This document shows, in pieces, positions 19,477-29,988 of a stretch of DNA of 64,000 nt. The translations under genes were made by a program, and so were the position numbers. A model generated the notes under the pieces. It ran no database searches and was not told where the DNA came from. It saw only the letters and a program-made list of their open reading frames with translations. The stretch spans positions 15,029 to 79,028 of the forward strand of contig JBAXAJ010000002.1 in NCBI GenBank assembly GCA_037142555.1, read 5' to 3'. This stretch comes from Candidatus Shapirobacteria bacterium (GTDB lineage Bacteria > Patescibacteriota > Microgenomatia > UBA12405). Within the stretch, counting starts at the first letter, position 1; every line of letters begins with the position of its first letter.

Positions 19477-20393
19477 CCATTTCCATTCGCCAAGCCTTTG
19501 GAGAAACTCTCTATAATCTAGCCAAAACTAACCGAAATATATACGTTGTTGATATGGATTTGAAATCGTCTCTTTGTTTAAATAAATTTGCTCAAAAGTA
19601 TCCTCGTCGTTTTATCGAATGTGGTGTAGCTGAAAATAATGCTGCCGCCATTGCTGCTGGATTAGCCAAAACTGGCAAAACTGTTTTCCTAACTTCTTTC
19701 GCTTGTTTTTCCCCAGCTATAAATTGGAACACTATCAAGCAATCTATTGCTTATAATCAGGCTAATGTCAAAATAATTGGTTCTCACGCTGGTCTTTTAA
19801 GCACAGATCTAGGTGCTACTCATCAAATGTTAGAAGATGTAGCTCTAATGTCAGCCATGCCTAATATGGAAGTTTTTTCACCAATTGATTCAATTGAAAC
19901 CGAAAAATTGATCACCACTATTTCTCATAGTAAAACTCCAGCTTATGTCCGTTTGGTCAGAGCCACCACTCCTCAAGTTTTTGATAAAAAATTAACTTTC
20001 ACAATTGGTAAATCTCACATTTTGAAGAAAGGGGAAGACATCACTATTGTTGGTCACGGTCCAATTTTAAATCAGGCTTTTGATTCATCTTTACCAAAAA
20101 AAGTCTCGTTAGAAATTATAAATTGTTCTTCCATAAAACCTCTCGATGTTGCCACAATTGTCAAAAGTGTTAAGAAAACTAAGCATCTAATTTGCTTGGA
20201 GGATCACCAAAAAAATGGTGGTTTAGGACAAATGATTGCTTCAATTTTATTAGAAAAAAATATTCACCCAAAATTTGTTCATTTGGCAGTTGATAATAGA
20301 TTTGGTCAATCAGGTCGCGATTCAAAAAAGTTGTATGATTATTATAAAATAGGTGTTAATAATTTAATCGACGCTATTAATAAAATATTATGA
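19473..20393 (+). CDS. Transketolase, C-terminal (pyrimidine-binding) subunit.
   Basis: Overlaps the N-terminal subunit gene. FIECGVAENNAAAIAAGLA motif. Confidence 0.8.
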   Translation: MTISIRQAFGETLYNLAKTNRNIYVVDMDLKSSLCLNKFAQKYPRRFIECGVAENNAAAIAAGLAKTGKTVFLTSFACFSPAINWNTIKQSIAYNQANVKIIGSHAGLLSTDLGATHQMLEDVALMSAMPNMEVFSPIDSIETEKLITTISHSKTPAYVRLVRATTPQVFDKKLTFTIGKSHILKKGEDITIVGHGPILNQAFDSSLPKKVSLEIINCSSIKPLDVATIVKSVKKTKHLICLEDHQKNGGLGQMIASILLEKNIHPKFVHLAVDNRFGQSGRDSKKLYDYYKIGVNNLIDAINKIL

Positions 20394-21199
20394 AAACCTT
20401 ACTAGAAATACTTTCAGATTATAAACTAAACAAGAAAGCCATTCCTGCTTTTAACATTGACACTTTTGAAATCTATCAAGCTGTTGAAGATGCTGTCAGG
20501 GAAACTAATTTGCCATGTATTGTCCAACTCTCAGCCGGTGAAGATCAGTTTATCCAAGCTGAAAGGCTCTTTATTCTAGTCAAAAAAGCTCAAATCGACG
20601 GCTTACCAATCTATCTAAACATGGATCATGGCAAAGACATTTCCAGACTCGAAAAAGCCGCTAATCTAGGTTTTGAAATGCTTCATTTTGATGGTTCAAC
20701 TCTAGACTATAAAACAAATTTAACTACCGCAAAAGCTTTCATCGAAAATGTTAAAACAAATAATTCTCAAATTATAATTGAAGTCGAATTCAACAAAATT
20801 GGAGCCGATCTTTTAACTGACCCTGACCAAGCCCTAGAATTTATGTCCCAAACCAAAGCTGATCTATTTGCTGTTTCCATTGGTAACCAACACGGAGCCG
20901 ATCCTAGTTCTCCAGAAAAAATAGATCTAAATTTACTCAAACAAATAGCTGCAAAAATGCCAGATACTTTCTTAACTCTTCATGGTGGTTCTGGAATTCC
21001 TAGTGAAGACATAAGTGCCGCCATTAAACTAGGTGTAGTCAAAATTAATATCAATACTGATTTAAGAATAGCTTTTAAACAATCTCTAACTTCTAGTTTG
21101 TCTTCAGTTAATTCCGAGAAAATTTACGAATATTTCAATCCAATCATTGCTGACTTAAAAGAAATAGTTATTCAAAAATTAAGACAATTTTATGTTTGA
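20390..21199 (+). CDS. Class II fructose/ketose-bisphosphate aldolase.
   Basis: NMDHG and LHGGSG motifs. Confidence 0.75.
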   Translation: MKTLLEILSDYKLNKKAIPAFNIDTFEIYQAVEDAVRETNLPCIVQLSAGEDQFIQAERLFILVKKAQIDGLPIYLNMDHGKDISRLEKAANLGFEMLHFDGSTLDYKTNLTTAKAFIENVKTNNSQIIIEVEFNKIGADLLTDPDQALEFMSQTKADLFAVSIGNQHGADPSSPEKIDLNLLKQIAAKMPDTFLTLHGGSGIPSEDISAAIKLGVVKININTDLRIAFKQSLTSSLSSVNSEKIYEYFNPIIADLKEIVIQKLRQFYV

Positions 21200-22112
21200 T
21201 GTAATTTCTATTGGTGCGGCCACAGTCGATATTTTCGCTAAATCACATCAATTTTTAGTTAAGAACAATCTTTTATCTCTCGACTATTCTTCCAAAAGTG
21301 AAATCAGTCAAAGCCTAATTTGTTCTGGTGGTGGTGCCACCAATTCTTCAGTTTGTTTTTCTCGTCTAGGTCTCAAATCAAGTTGTGTTTCCTTAATAGG
21401 TGACGATAAATTAAAAAATTTCATCATAGATGATTTAAAAACAGACCATGTCCCAACTGATTTTTTGACTCTATCTAAAAATGACAGCACTGACTTTTCT
21501 ATAATTCTAGTTGCTCCAGATGGGGGACGATCTATTTTGACCAATCGCGGTCAATCACGTCTAGAAGAAAAAAATATTCCTTGGAACAAAATTTCTAAAA
21601 CAAAATGGTTATACATCACTTCACTTGAAGGGAATATTGATCTTCTAGAAAAATTAATTGGTTTTGCTCTAGAAAATAACATTAAAATTGCTCTTAACCC
21701 TGGTAACCGTGAGTTAAATCAACAAAAACTTATTTTCCCTCTTCTAAAATATGTTGATTTTCTTCTACTTAACAAAACTGAATCAGAAATATTAATTGAA
21801 AATACAAAAAATAAAACTGAACTTTTCCAAAAACTAACCTCCACTGGTGCTAAAATAATAGCCGTCACTAATGGCAGAGAAGGAGCTTATGTTTTTTTTG
21901 GAGATAAACAATATCATTCTCCAATCATTAACACTCAATCTGAAGATGAAACTGGAGCTGGTGATTCTTTTGGTTCTGCTTTTGTTGCTGCTCTAATCTA
22001 TCAAAAAGATGTCCAACAATCTCTTTCTTGGGGAATCAAAAATTCAGCTTCAGTCGTTTCTTTCCTAGGCGCCAAACCCGGACTTTTAAATTTATTAGAA
22101 ATTAGTCATTAG
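21192..22112 (+). CDS. PfkB-family carbohydrate kinase.
   Basis: GGGATN N-terminal and C-terminal GAGDSFGSAFVAAL motif. Confidence 0.7.
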   Translation: MFDVISIGAATVDIFAKSHQFLVKNNLLSLDYSSKSEISQSLICSGGGATNSSVCFSRLGLKSSCVSLIGDDKLKNFIIDDLKTDHVPTDFLTLSKNDSTDFSIILVAPDGGRSILTNRGQSRLEEKNIPWNKISKTKWLYITSLEGNIDLLEKLIGFALENNIKIALNPGNRELNQQKLIFPLLKYVDFLLLNKTESEILIENTKNKTELFQKLTSTGAKIIAVTNGREGAYVFFGDKQYHSPIINTQSEDETGAGDSFGSAFVAALIYQKDVQQSLSWGIKNSASVVSFLGAKPGLLNLLEISH

Positions 22113-22130
22113 AAATTAGAAATTTTACCT

Positions 22131-22751
22131 ATGCTTCCAAAACCAGAAAAAATCAAAAAAACACCCTCAGCTGAGCAACTAGATTTAGTTGACACACTGT
22201 CTTTGGAAAAAAAAGTTAAAAATAAAAGACGTTTTGTTTTAATTGCCCTAATTTTAACTACTGGTTTAAGTTTTGCTTTTTGGACCTATCGTTCCAGCAC
22301 TAATTTAATTAGCAACAAATCTTTTCCTAAAATTAAAACAGATTTCAAAATACCTGAAGTAAAAATGTCAGATGTCAAAGTTTCTTCAACCAATTTTGAT
22401 CAGTCAATTAATCAAATAATTTCCAAAGATTCAAATCATTGGTCGATTAAAACGGAAACTCTTCTAGGAGATCTATCTTCATATTCTCTAAATCCTCAAG
22501 ATTTTTCCACTTCTTCAAAAAACACAATTGATTCTCTTTCAAAATTACCAGTTTCAACTGAAAGTTTAATTAAAAATAGTCTTCCTCAAGGCACAAAAAT
22601 CCAAGAATTAGGAACAGATTATTTAATCACTACACCTCAACAAAAGATTCTTTTCCAATTCAAAATTAATGGTCAAAACATAGATCAATCAAAAAAATTA
22701 ATTCCATCTCTAGTCGAAAAACTTTATTGGTATCTAGTCCTTAAGGGATAA
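22131..22751 (+). CDS. Hypothetical membrane-anchored protein.
   Basis: One TM helix and a Ser/Thr-rich region. Confidence 0.35.
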   Translation: MLPKPEKIKKTPSAEQLDLVDTLSLEKKVKNKRRFVLIALILTTGLSFAFWTYRSSTNLISNKSFPKIKTDFKIPEVKMSDVKVSSTNFDQSINQIISKDSNHWSIKTETLLGDLSSYSLNPQDFSTSSKNTIDSLSKLPVSTESLIKNSLPQGTKIQELGTDYLITTPQQKILFQFKINGQNIDQSKKLIPSLVEKLYWYLVLKG

Positions 22752-24788
22752 ATTATTTGGAATTTGCCAACCTTCATTTTTCTTATCTTTCAAAATACCA
22801 CTAATAATTCTATTCCAAATTGGAGTAGCTCCAGAAACTCCAGAAGCCACCCAACTCATTGGACTACTATCATTATTTCCCACCCAAACAGCTGTTAAAT
22901 AACTTGGAGTCCAACCAATACACCAATTGTCTTTTAAATTATTTGTAGTTCCAGTTTTAACTGCCACTGTTTTTTCTGGGATATTTAGTAAAGAGTTTTT
23001 CCCAAAAATAGGTGATCTAGCCTGATTATCACTTAAAGCGCTATTAATTAAAAATGTATATTTTTCTTTAATTATTTCTTTTTCCTCAACTTTTTTTTCA
23101 TAAATAGTTTTTCCTAAATAATCTTCTATTTTCAAAACAGGATTAATCTCTATTTTCTTACCAGAATTAGCAAAAATAGAATAAGCTCCAGCCAATTCAG
23201 TCATTTTCACTTCACCGCTTCCTAAAGCTAAAGACAACCCATATCTGTCTCTATCTTTCCAGGTGCTAATTCCCATGCTTTCGCCTAGATCAATCATCTT
23301 AGCAACTCCATTTTTAGCTAATAATTTTACTGATGGGATATTCAAAGATGAGGCCAGTGCTGTTTTAAGAGTCACAGTCCCCATATATTTCCCATTATAA
23401 TTTTTAGGAGAATAAGGTTTTTGCCCGGCCACATAATAAGTTATTGGGCTATCATTTATAGTTGAAGTTAAATTAAATCCATTTTCCAAGGCTAGCAGGT
23501 AGTTTATTGGTTTAATTGAAGAACCAGGCTGTCTCAGGGCTGTAGTGACGTTAAATTCACCATCTATATCCAAAGCATTATAATCTTTTGATCCAACCAT
23601 TGCTAAAATATCTCCATTTTTTACATCAATCACCAGAGCTGCTCCATTTGTTATATTTAACTTTTTAACTTTATCTAATTCTTCCAAAACCACTTTTTCT
23701 GACAGATCTTGAATTTCTGGATCTAAACTTGTCGTCACTGTCAGCCCTAGTCGACCAACATTTTCAAAATTATATTTTTGTTCCAACAAATTTTTTATAT
23801 AAAAAACAAAATGTGGTGCTTTAATTTTCTTTTTATATTTAATTATCGAAACTTTATTATTGTTTAATTCATCAGCTTTTTCTTGGCTAATAAATTTTGC
23901 TTTCAACATTTCTTCAACAACTCTTTTTTGTCTAGCATATCCATATTCTGGGTTATTGGAAAAAGGGGAGAAAGAACTTGGTGCCGCTGGCAGTCCAGCT
24001 AAATAACTAGCTTCACCATCATTAATTTCCCAAACATTTTTGCCAAAATATTTCAAAGATGCTTCTTGAACGCCATAAGCTTCACCACCATAAGAAACCT
24101 GGTTAAAATATTTTTCCAAAATTTCATTTTTACTTAATTTAGATTCAACTAATAAAGTCAAAACAGCTTCTTTAAATTTTCTCTTAAAAGATTTTTCATT
24201 TGTGAAATATATATTTTTAACCAATTGTTGGGTTAAAGTTGAACCACCTCTTAATTTGTTTTCTGGTGTTTTTTTAAAATTATAAATTATGGCCTGGGAT
24301 AAACCTTTAAAAGATATTCCATGGTGTTTATAAAAATCCTTGTCTTCAATCGCTAAAGTTGCTTTAACTAATGAGTCAGGAATTCTATTTAGAGGCACCC
24401 AACTTCTATTTTCATCTTCATAAAATTTATATAAAAGATTTCCATTTCGATCAACAATTTTTGTTGACATTCTTGGTGCATTATAAATTTGATCAACACT
24501 TGGTAAATCTTTAATTATCTTTAAATAAAATAAATATCCACCGCCGACAAATAATATTAATAAAAATAAAATCCAAAAATATTTCCATTTAATTTTAAAA
24601 TTTAAATTAAATTTTATTTTAAGTTTTTTTATTTTTTTAGTCTTTAAAAACCGCCAAAATTTATTTAAAAAAGAAAGAAATTTAGAACCAAATTTATTGG
24701 AAAAATTAACCAAAAAAGTTATCGTCCGATATGCCGGCTTACCAATACTGACCAAAATTGCTGCTATTGTTTGCAGTAATAACATCAT
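22734..24788 (-). CDS. PBP1A-family penicillin-binding protein (transglycosylase + transpeptidase).
   Basis: GGSTLTQQLVKN (GT51) and SSIKP (SxxK) motifs, plus KTGTTN. Confidence 0.8.
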   Translation of the reverse strand: MMLLLQTIAAILVSIGKPAYRTITFLVNFSNKFGSKFLSFLNKFWRFLKTKKIKKLKIKFNLNFKIKWKYFWILFLLILFVGGGYLFYLKIIKDLPSVDQIYNAPRMSTKIVDRNGNLLYKFYEDENRSWVPLNRIPDSLVKATLAIEDKDFYKHHGISFKGLSQAIIYNFKKTPENKLRGGSTLTQQLVKNIYFTNEKSFKRKFKEAVLTLLVESKLSKNEILEKYFNQVSYGGEAYGVQEASLKYFGKNVWEINDGEASYLAGLPAAPSSFSPFSNNPEYGYARQKRVVEEMLKAKFISQEKADELNNNKVSIIKYKKKIKAPHFVFYIKNLLEQKYNFENVGRLGLTVTTSLDPEIQDLSEKVVLEELDKVKKLNITNGAALVIDVKNGDILAMVGSKDYNALDIDGEFNVTTALRQPGSSIKPINYLLALENGFNLTSTINDSPITYYVAGQKPYSPKNYNGKYMGTVTLKTALASSLNIPSVKLLAKNGVAKMIDLGESMGISTWKDRDRYGLSLALGSGEVKMTELAGAYSIFANSGKKIEINPVLKIEDYLGKTIYEKKVEEKEIIKEKYTFLINSALSDNQARSPIFGKNSLLNIPEKTVAVKTGTTNNLKDNWCIGWTPSYLTAVWVGNNDSSPMSWVASGVSGATPIWNRIISGILKDKKNEGWQIPNNLSLKD

Positions 24789-27007
24789 TAATTAACTGTG
24801 ACTACTGGTTTAACTGGTGCTGGAGCACCATCAGTAGGTATTGGTTGTGGTGTAGCTGGTGCAGGGCAGTCTAGACAGACATTCACTCCCACAACATCTT
24901 TAACCACACTATGTTCTTGCCACTCGACGTTAGTGGCATTTGTATCACCAGTTCCAACTATTTGGCCGGTGTCTTTATTTATTAAAACGTTAGATTTTAA
25001 GGCCACATTTTTTTGTGGCAAAAACTCTTTTTTAAAATATTCGAAATGAGAAGCACATCCACCTTCGGGGACTGCTCCACCACTTAAATTACAAACATTC
25101 ATTCCCACCAAACCAGCTGGCATGGTTGGCTTTTTGACAGCTTTATCTTTAAGGATATAAGTCATCAATTTATTCCAAATTGGGGCGGCTCCGCTAATTC
25201 CAGAAACCACTCCACTCATTCTAGTATTGTCATTATTACCAACCCAAGTTGAAACCACAAAATCAGAAGTGTAACCAAGAGTCCAGTTATCTCTTAAATC
25301 GTTTGTAGTTCCAGTTTTAACTGCCACTTCTGGATGACCTTTAATATTTAAAAGAGAACCTCTTCCAAAAACCATTGATCTAGCTCCATCATCAGATAAA
25401 ATTTGTTGAATAATGAAAGTTGCTTCCCTAGACAAAACTCTTTCTCCAGCTCCTTCTTTATATTCTTCCAAAATCTTACCTCGTTGATCAACCACTTTCA
25501 AAATAGGGCTAATTTCTTGTTTAATTCCCATATTAGCCAAAGTTCCATAGGCTGTAATCATGTCAGTCATCATTACTTCACCACCACCTAAAGTCAAAGA
25601 TAAACCATAGTTTGAAGGATCCTTAAAACTACTGATTCCCATTGCTGATGCTGAAGCTACAAAAGTTTCTAGACCATTTAGTTTCAAAACTTTAACTGCT
25701 CCTATGTTTAATGAATTAGCCAAAGAATTTCTGATTGTTTGTAAACCATGATAAGCATTTCCATAATTAGTTGGACAATATGGCTTTTGGCCTATTTGAG
25801 CAAAACAAGTTGGGCTATCATCAACTATCGATCCAGCTGTTATTTTCCCTAGTTCTAAACCAACCACATAATTTAATGGTTTAATTGATGATCCAGGTTG
25901 TCTTAGAGCTGTAGTCACATTATATTTACCATCAATATCGTTTGAAAAATAATCGACTGACCCAACCATTGCTAATATTTGTCCACTTTTTGGTTCAGTA
26001 ATCAAAGCAGATCCATTTGTGACATTTGATTTTCTCAATTTTGCCACTTCTGAAGCCACAGTAGTTTCAGTATATTTTTGTAAGTTTAGATCTAAAGTAG
26101 TAGTAATTTTTAAACCACCCTCAGACACCATTTTTTCACCATATTTTTCAATCAATTTTTCTCTAACATAAAAGACAAAATGTGGGGCTGAAATATCGTT
26201 TTTGGTAACAGAATAATTGAGCTGTTCACTTTTAGCCTTTTCAAATTCTTCATCATTAATCCATCCCAATTCTTTCATTCTAATTAAAACCATCTCTTGT
26301 CTATTTTTAGCTGCTTGTGGGTGTAAAAATGGATTATATTTAGTTGGTGAACCGGGCAAACCAGCAATCAAAGCCGATTCAGCTAAATTTAAATCTCTGA
26401 CATTTTTGTTAAAAATATTTTTTGAAGCAGCTTGAGCACCCCAAGCAGTTCCACCATAAGGAGTTTGATTAAAATACATTTCCAAAATTTGGTCTTTATT
26501 ATAAAGGAACTCTGTTGCCACAGTCAAAATAGCTTCTTTAACTTTTCTAGAGATTGTTCTTTCTGGTGTTAATAGGGCATTTTTAACTAATTGTTGGGTC
26601 AGGGTTGAACCACCCTGAAGTCTTTTTTGAACGATAGTTCTAAATAAACCTCTTAAAATTCCTTTAATATCAAAACCACCGTGATTATAAAAATTTGAAT
26701 CTTCAATTGCTAAAGTTGCTTTTTTAAGACTATCAGGAATTTCGCTAATCAAAACTGGGACTCGATTTCTGTCAGCATAAATTTCATAGAGAAGCACTCC
26801 ATTACGGTCAAAAATTTGCGACGATTCTGGATATTGATCAGCAGTTATTAATTTTTTAGGACTAGGAATATTTTTAGCAACTATATATATAGTTAATAAG
26901 ACAGTCAAAACAATTGCACCAATAATTCCCAATGTTATCCACTTTATTCTTGATTTAAATTTAAGTATTTTTTTAATACTTTTTTTATCTTTCTTTATTT
27001 TCTTCAT
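24788..27007 (-). CDS. PBP1A-family penicillin-binding protein, tandem paralogue with a C-terminal Pro/Ala-rich tail.
   Basis: Same GT51, SxxK and KTGTTN motifs. Confidence 0.8.
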   Translation of the reverse strand: MKKIKKDKKSIKKILKFKSRIKWITLGIIGAIVLTVLLTIYIVAKNIPSPKKLITADQYPESSQIFDRNGVLLYEIYADRNRVPVLISEIPDSLKKATLAIEDSNFYNHGGFDIKGILRGLFRTIVQKRLQGGSTLTQQLVKNALLTPERTISRKVKEAILTVATEFLYNKDQILEMYFNQTPYGGTAWGAQAASKNIFNKNVRDLNLAESALIAGLPGSPTKYNPFLHPQAAKNRQEMVLIRMKELGWINDEEFEKAKSEQLNYSVTKNDISAPHFVFYVREKLIEKYGEKMVSEGGLKITTTLDLNLQKYTETTVASEVAKLRKSNVTNGSALITEPKSGQILAMVGSVDYFSNDIDGKYNVTTALRQPGSSIKPLNYVVGLELGKITAGSIVDDSPTCFAQIGQKPYCPTNYGNAYHGLQTIRNSLANSLNIGAVKVLKLNGLETFVASASAMGISSFKDPSNYGLSLTLGGGEVMMTDMITAYGTLANMGIKQEISPILKVVDQRGKILEEYKEGAGERVLSREATFIIQQILSDDGARSMVFGRGSLLNIKGHPEVAVKTGTTNDLRDNWTLGYTSDFVVSTWVGNNDNTRMSGVVSGISGAAPIWNKLMTYILKDKAVKKPTMPAGLVGMNVCNLSGGAVPEGGCASHFEYFKKEFLPQKNVALKSNVLINKDTGQIVGTGDTNATNVEWQEHSVVKDVVGVNVCLDCPAPATPQPIPTDGAPAPVKPVVTVN

Positions 27008-27608
27008 TCCATTTATCTAGATCTGTAACTATTTCATTATATTTATTTTGATCTATTTTTTTATCAGTGTTCATTTTAATTAATGCTTCTTTGTATGCTA
27101 ACCCAGCTTTATTAATTTCTTCTTTTAACTTTTTTGAATCAGTACTTTCTTTATTAATATTTGAAGTAATCTCCTCTGCATATTTTAATTTATTTATAGC
27201 CTCTTCACTAGTATCTAGAATTAAATTATAATTTTTTTCTTTACAAAGATTCAACGATTCATTCATTTTTTTATCAGCCACTAATAAAGTTATTTTGGCT
27301 TTATCTAGAGGTTCATGGCTCAATAATATCCACATAAAATCTCTAAGTTCTTTAACTTTGTAAATTGGGCTATTAGGTAATGTTTTTACTTCCGGAAGGC
27401 TATAAGTGCATTTTTCCTGTTCTCCATTTTTTTTATTCATAACAAATTCAATTGGTTCAATTCTCAATTTATTATCATTGTTGTTTTTAGCCATTGTATC
27501 TAGACTAGTTTTAAAAATAGAAAAATACAAAATTCCAAAACTAAAAGCCACAGCTACTACATTAAAAATTAGTTGGCCAGGGAACCTATTCTTTGAAGGG
27601 GACTGCAT
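26985..27608 (-). CDS. Hypothetical membrane-anchored protein.
   Basis: N-terminal TM helix followed by a Lys/Glu-rich coiled region. Confidence 0.35.
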   Translation of the reverse strand: MQSPSKNRFPGQLIFNVVAVAFSFGILYFSIFKTSLDTMAKNNNDNKLRIEPIEFVMNKKNGEQEKCTYSLPEVKTLPNSPIYKVKELRDFMWILLSHEPLDKAKITLLVADKKMNESLNLCKEKNYNLILDTSEEAINKLKYAEEITSNINKESTDSKKLKEEINKAGLAYKEALIKMNTDKKIDQNKYNEIVTDLDKWNEENKER

Positions 27609-27611
27609 AAC

Positions 27612-28466
27612 TTATATTTTAACAGGTTTATGATTATCTTTTGTATGGAAAAAAGCTTGTTTCAAACTAACTTCTTCATTTCTAATTTTTCTTCTCATAA
27701 ACAAATATTGGGGGATAAAAATTAATAAATTCAAAACCCATCCAAAATAATTATTTCTATTTCGACGATCTAACATCGACGATCTAACATCTATTTTAGA
27801 ATATCCATTAATTACCCACTTTTTTGCCCAACTATTTTCTAATATAAATTTCCCATAAGTATTTTCTCTATTTAATATTGGCTTCATTAAAATCAGATCA
27901 ACTGCACTTCTTAAATGTTGTCTACTTTTTGGTAGTAATAAATTATCTTCATCAAGCCAAAAATTAAAACAAAATTCGTCTTTATTTTCTTTCTGTCCAT
28001 ATTTTCGGTGGGGGATTTGATTAATATAAATAAAAAATCTCAGTTTCAGTCTAGTTTGCCATAAAGCATTTTTTCTAGTAATTATTATTATGTCGATATC
28101 ATCATTTTTTTTAGGATGTCCAGCCGCCACCGATCCTGTCACCCCAACCATTAAAATATTTTTAAATTTCTTTTTAAGTAACAGAGCTAATTTCTTCGCC
28201 TTCTTTATTTTTATTTCTTTTAATTTTCCCCCTTCATCAAGGGGGAATCCCGATTTATCGGGAAGGGGGTTTTTAAAGAGGATTTTTTTAATATCTTCAT
28301 CACCATAAACCTCACTAGATATTAATCTCTCTTTAATTTCCTCAAAATTAAGTTCACAACCATGCTTTTTTGCATAGGCAATTGTCTTTTTAATTGAATC
28401 ATCTAATTTCATCTTTATGTATTTTATCCTAAACTTAATTACTCCTTGATATAATAATGCATTCAT
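27612..28466 (-). CDS. Nucleotidyltransferase-domain protein.
   Basis: GVTGSVAAGHPKKNDDIDIII, a Pol-beta-type GS...DxD motif. Confidence 0.45.
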   Translation of the reverse strand: MNALLYQGVIKFRIKYIKMKLDDSIKKTIAYAKKHGCELNFEEIKERLISSEVYGDEDIKKILFKNPLPDKSGFPLDEGGKLKEIKIKKAKKLALLLKKKFKNILMVGVTGSVAAGHPKKNDDIDIIIITRKNALWQTRLKLRFFIYINQIPHRKYGQKENKDEFCFNFWLDEDNLLLPKSRQHLRSAVDLILMKPILNRENTYGKFILENSWAKKWVINGYSKIDVRSSMLDRRNRNNYFGWVLNLLIFIPQYLFMRRKIRNEEVSLKQAFFHTKDNHKPVKI

Positions 28467-29972
28467 ATGAATAAAAATACAAAAATTTATCGACTTTGGG
28501 AGATGATTCCCGGTTTTTTTGCTTGGATGGTTATTCTTTTCCCAATTTGGGGTGCTTTTGTAGTCCCAAAAGCCGTTGCCTATTTTGTCATCGCTTTTTT
28601 GGTCTATTGGTTATATCAATCTTTTAAAACCTCATTCTTTTCTTTAAAAGGCTATTTTAAAATTAAAAAAGCTAAAAGCACAAATTGGTTAGATGCCTAC
28701 AAAGAAAATTTCAGAGCTGATTGGCTTAAATATGATCTTATTAATCATGTCATCATCATTTCTTCATATAAAGAACCTGTTGAAGTGATTGAAATGGCTG
28801 TTGGCAGTTTGGCTGCTCAAATAGATATAAATCTTAAAAAAATTCATGTCATTATTGCCCAAGAGGAAAGAGCTGGAGCTGAGAACAACCAAAGAACCAT
28901 CGATTATTTTCAAAAAAAATATAAAAACACTTTTGGAGATTTAATTTTTACTGAACATCCAGCTGGTCTTCCAGGAGAAACTGCCGGTAAACATACTAAT
29001 GAAGGTTGGGCTGCTAAATACTTTAAAAAGAACTTTATTGATAATGGTAAATACAAAATTGGGAATTTAACCCTAACTAGTTGTGACGTTGACACTGTTT
29101 TTAACCCTAAATATTTTTCAGCTCTGACCTACAATTTTGGTAGCAACCAAAACCGTTACTATCGTTTTTGGCAATCTCCAATTTTTTGGCATCATAATAT
29201 TAATGAAGTTCCAGGTCCGATCAGAATCATTGGTATCATGGGTAATGTCATCCATATTGCTAACATTCAAGAGCCAGATGGTCTCTTTTTCAACTATTCT
29301 TGTTATTCATCTTCCTATGAATTAATTGATTCCACCGGTTATTGGGACATCGATATGATTCCAGAAGATTGGCATATCTTTATGCAAGCTTTCTTTTCTA
29401 GTGGTGGTAAGGCCATGGTTGAACCAATCTTCTTGCCAACTGTTGTCGATGCTCCAGATGGTAAAAACTATTTTGCCGCTCTCAAAAACCGTTATGATCA
29501 ATGTGTCCGCCATGCTTGGGGAGCAATTGACATTCCTTATTCAATTGAACAAGCTAGAATCCACACAGAAATTCCATTCATCACTAGAGCTTTAAGAATT
29601 TTTAAATTAATTCAAACCCATTTAATTTGGTCCAGTAATTGGTTCATTCTTACAATTGGAACTTCACTTCCAGTAATTCTAAATCCTAAATTTTTCCAAA
29701 CCGCCATTGGCTACAATCTACCTCGCATTTCTAACTTTATTTTAACTATTTGTCTTCTTCCTCTCTTTGTAGTCATCGTTCTAGATTGGAAACTTCGTCC
29801 AGTCAATCAAAAGAAAGGCTTTTTTAATATTCTCAAAAATATTCTTCAATGGCCTTTCATGCCTTTGGCAACTCTAACTATGTCTGTTCTCCCAGGTCTT
29901 CATTCCCACACTCGTCTACTCATAGGTAAAAGACTCGACTACAAAACAACCGACAAAAAAGCCAAGCCATAG
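28467..29972 (+). CDS. Membrane-embedded family-2-like glycosyltransferase.
   Basis: IISSYKEP, DVD (DxD) and QCVRHAW (a Q(R/Q)xRW-like motif), with multiple TM helices at both ends. Confidence 0.5.
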   Translation: MNKNTKIYRLWEMIPGFFAWMVILFPIWGAFVVPKAVAYFVIAFLVYWLYQSFKTSFFSLKGYFKIKKAKSTNWLDAYKENFRADWLKYDLINHVIIISSYKEPVEVIEMAVGSLAAQIDINLKKIHVIIAQEERAGAENNQRTIDYFQKKYKNTFGDLIFTEHPAGLPGETAGKHTNEGWAAKYFKKNFIDNGKYKIGNLTLTSCDVDTVFNPKYFSALTYNFGSNQNRYYRFWQSPIFWHHNINEVPGPIRIIGIMGNVIHIANIQEPDGLFFNYSCYSSSYELIDSTGYWDIDMIPEDWHIFMQAFFSSGGKAMVEPIFLPTVVDAPDGKNYFAALKNRYDQCVRHAWGAIDIPYSIEQARIHTEIPFITRALRIFKLIQTHLIWSSNWFILTIGTSLPVILNPKFFQTAIGYNLPRISNFILTICLLPLFVVIVLDWKLRPVNQKKGFFNILKNILQWPFMPLATLTMSVLPGLHSHTRLLIGKRLDYKTTDKKAKP

Positions 29973-29988
29973 ATGTTATATTTAACTA

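Noticed and set aside
28230-28290. Palindromes CCCCCTTCATCAAGGGGG and CCCGATTTATCGGG, resembling the terminator-type hairpins seen elsewhere.
   Set aside because: They lie inside the nucleotidyltransferase coding sequence (they encode ...SGFPLDEGGK...), so they are most likely coincidental codon-driven palindromes.
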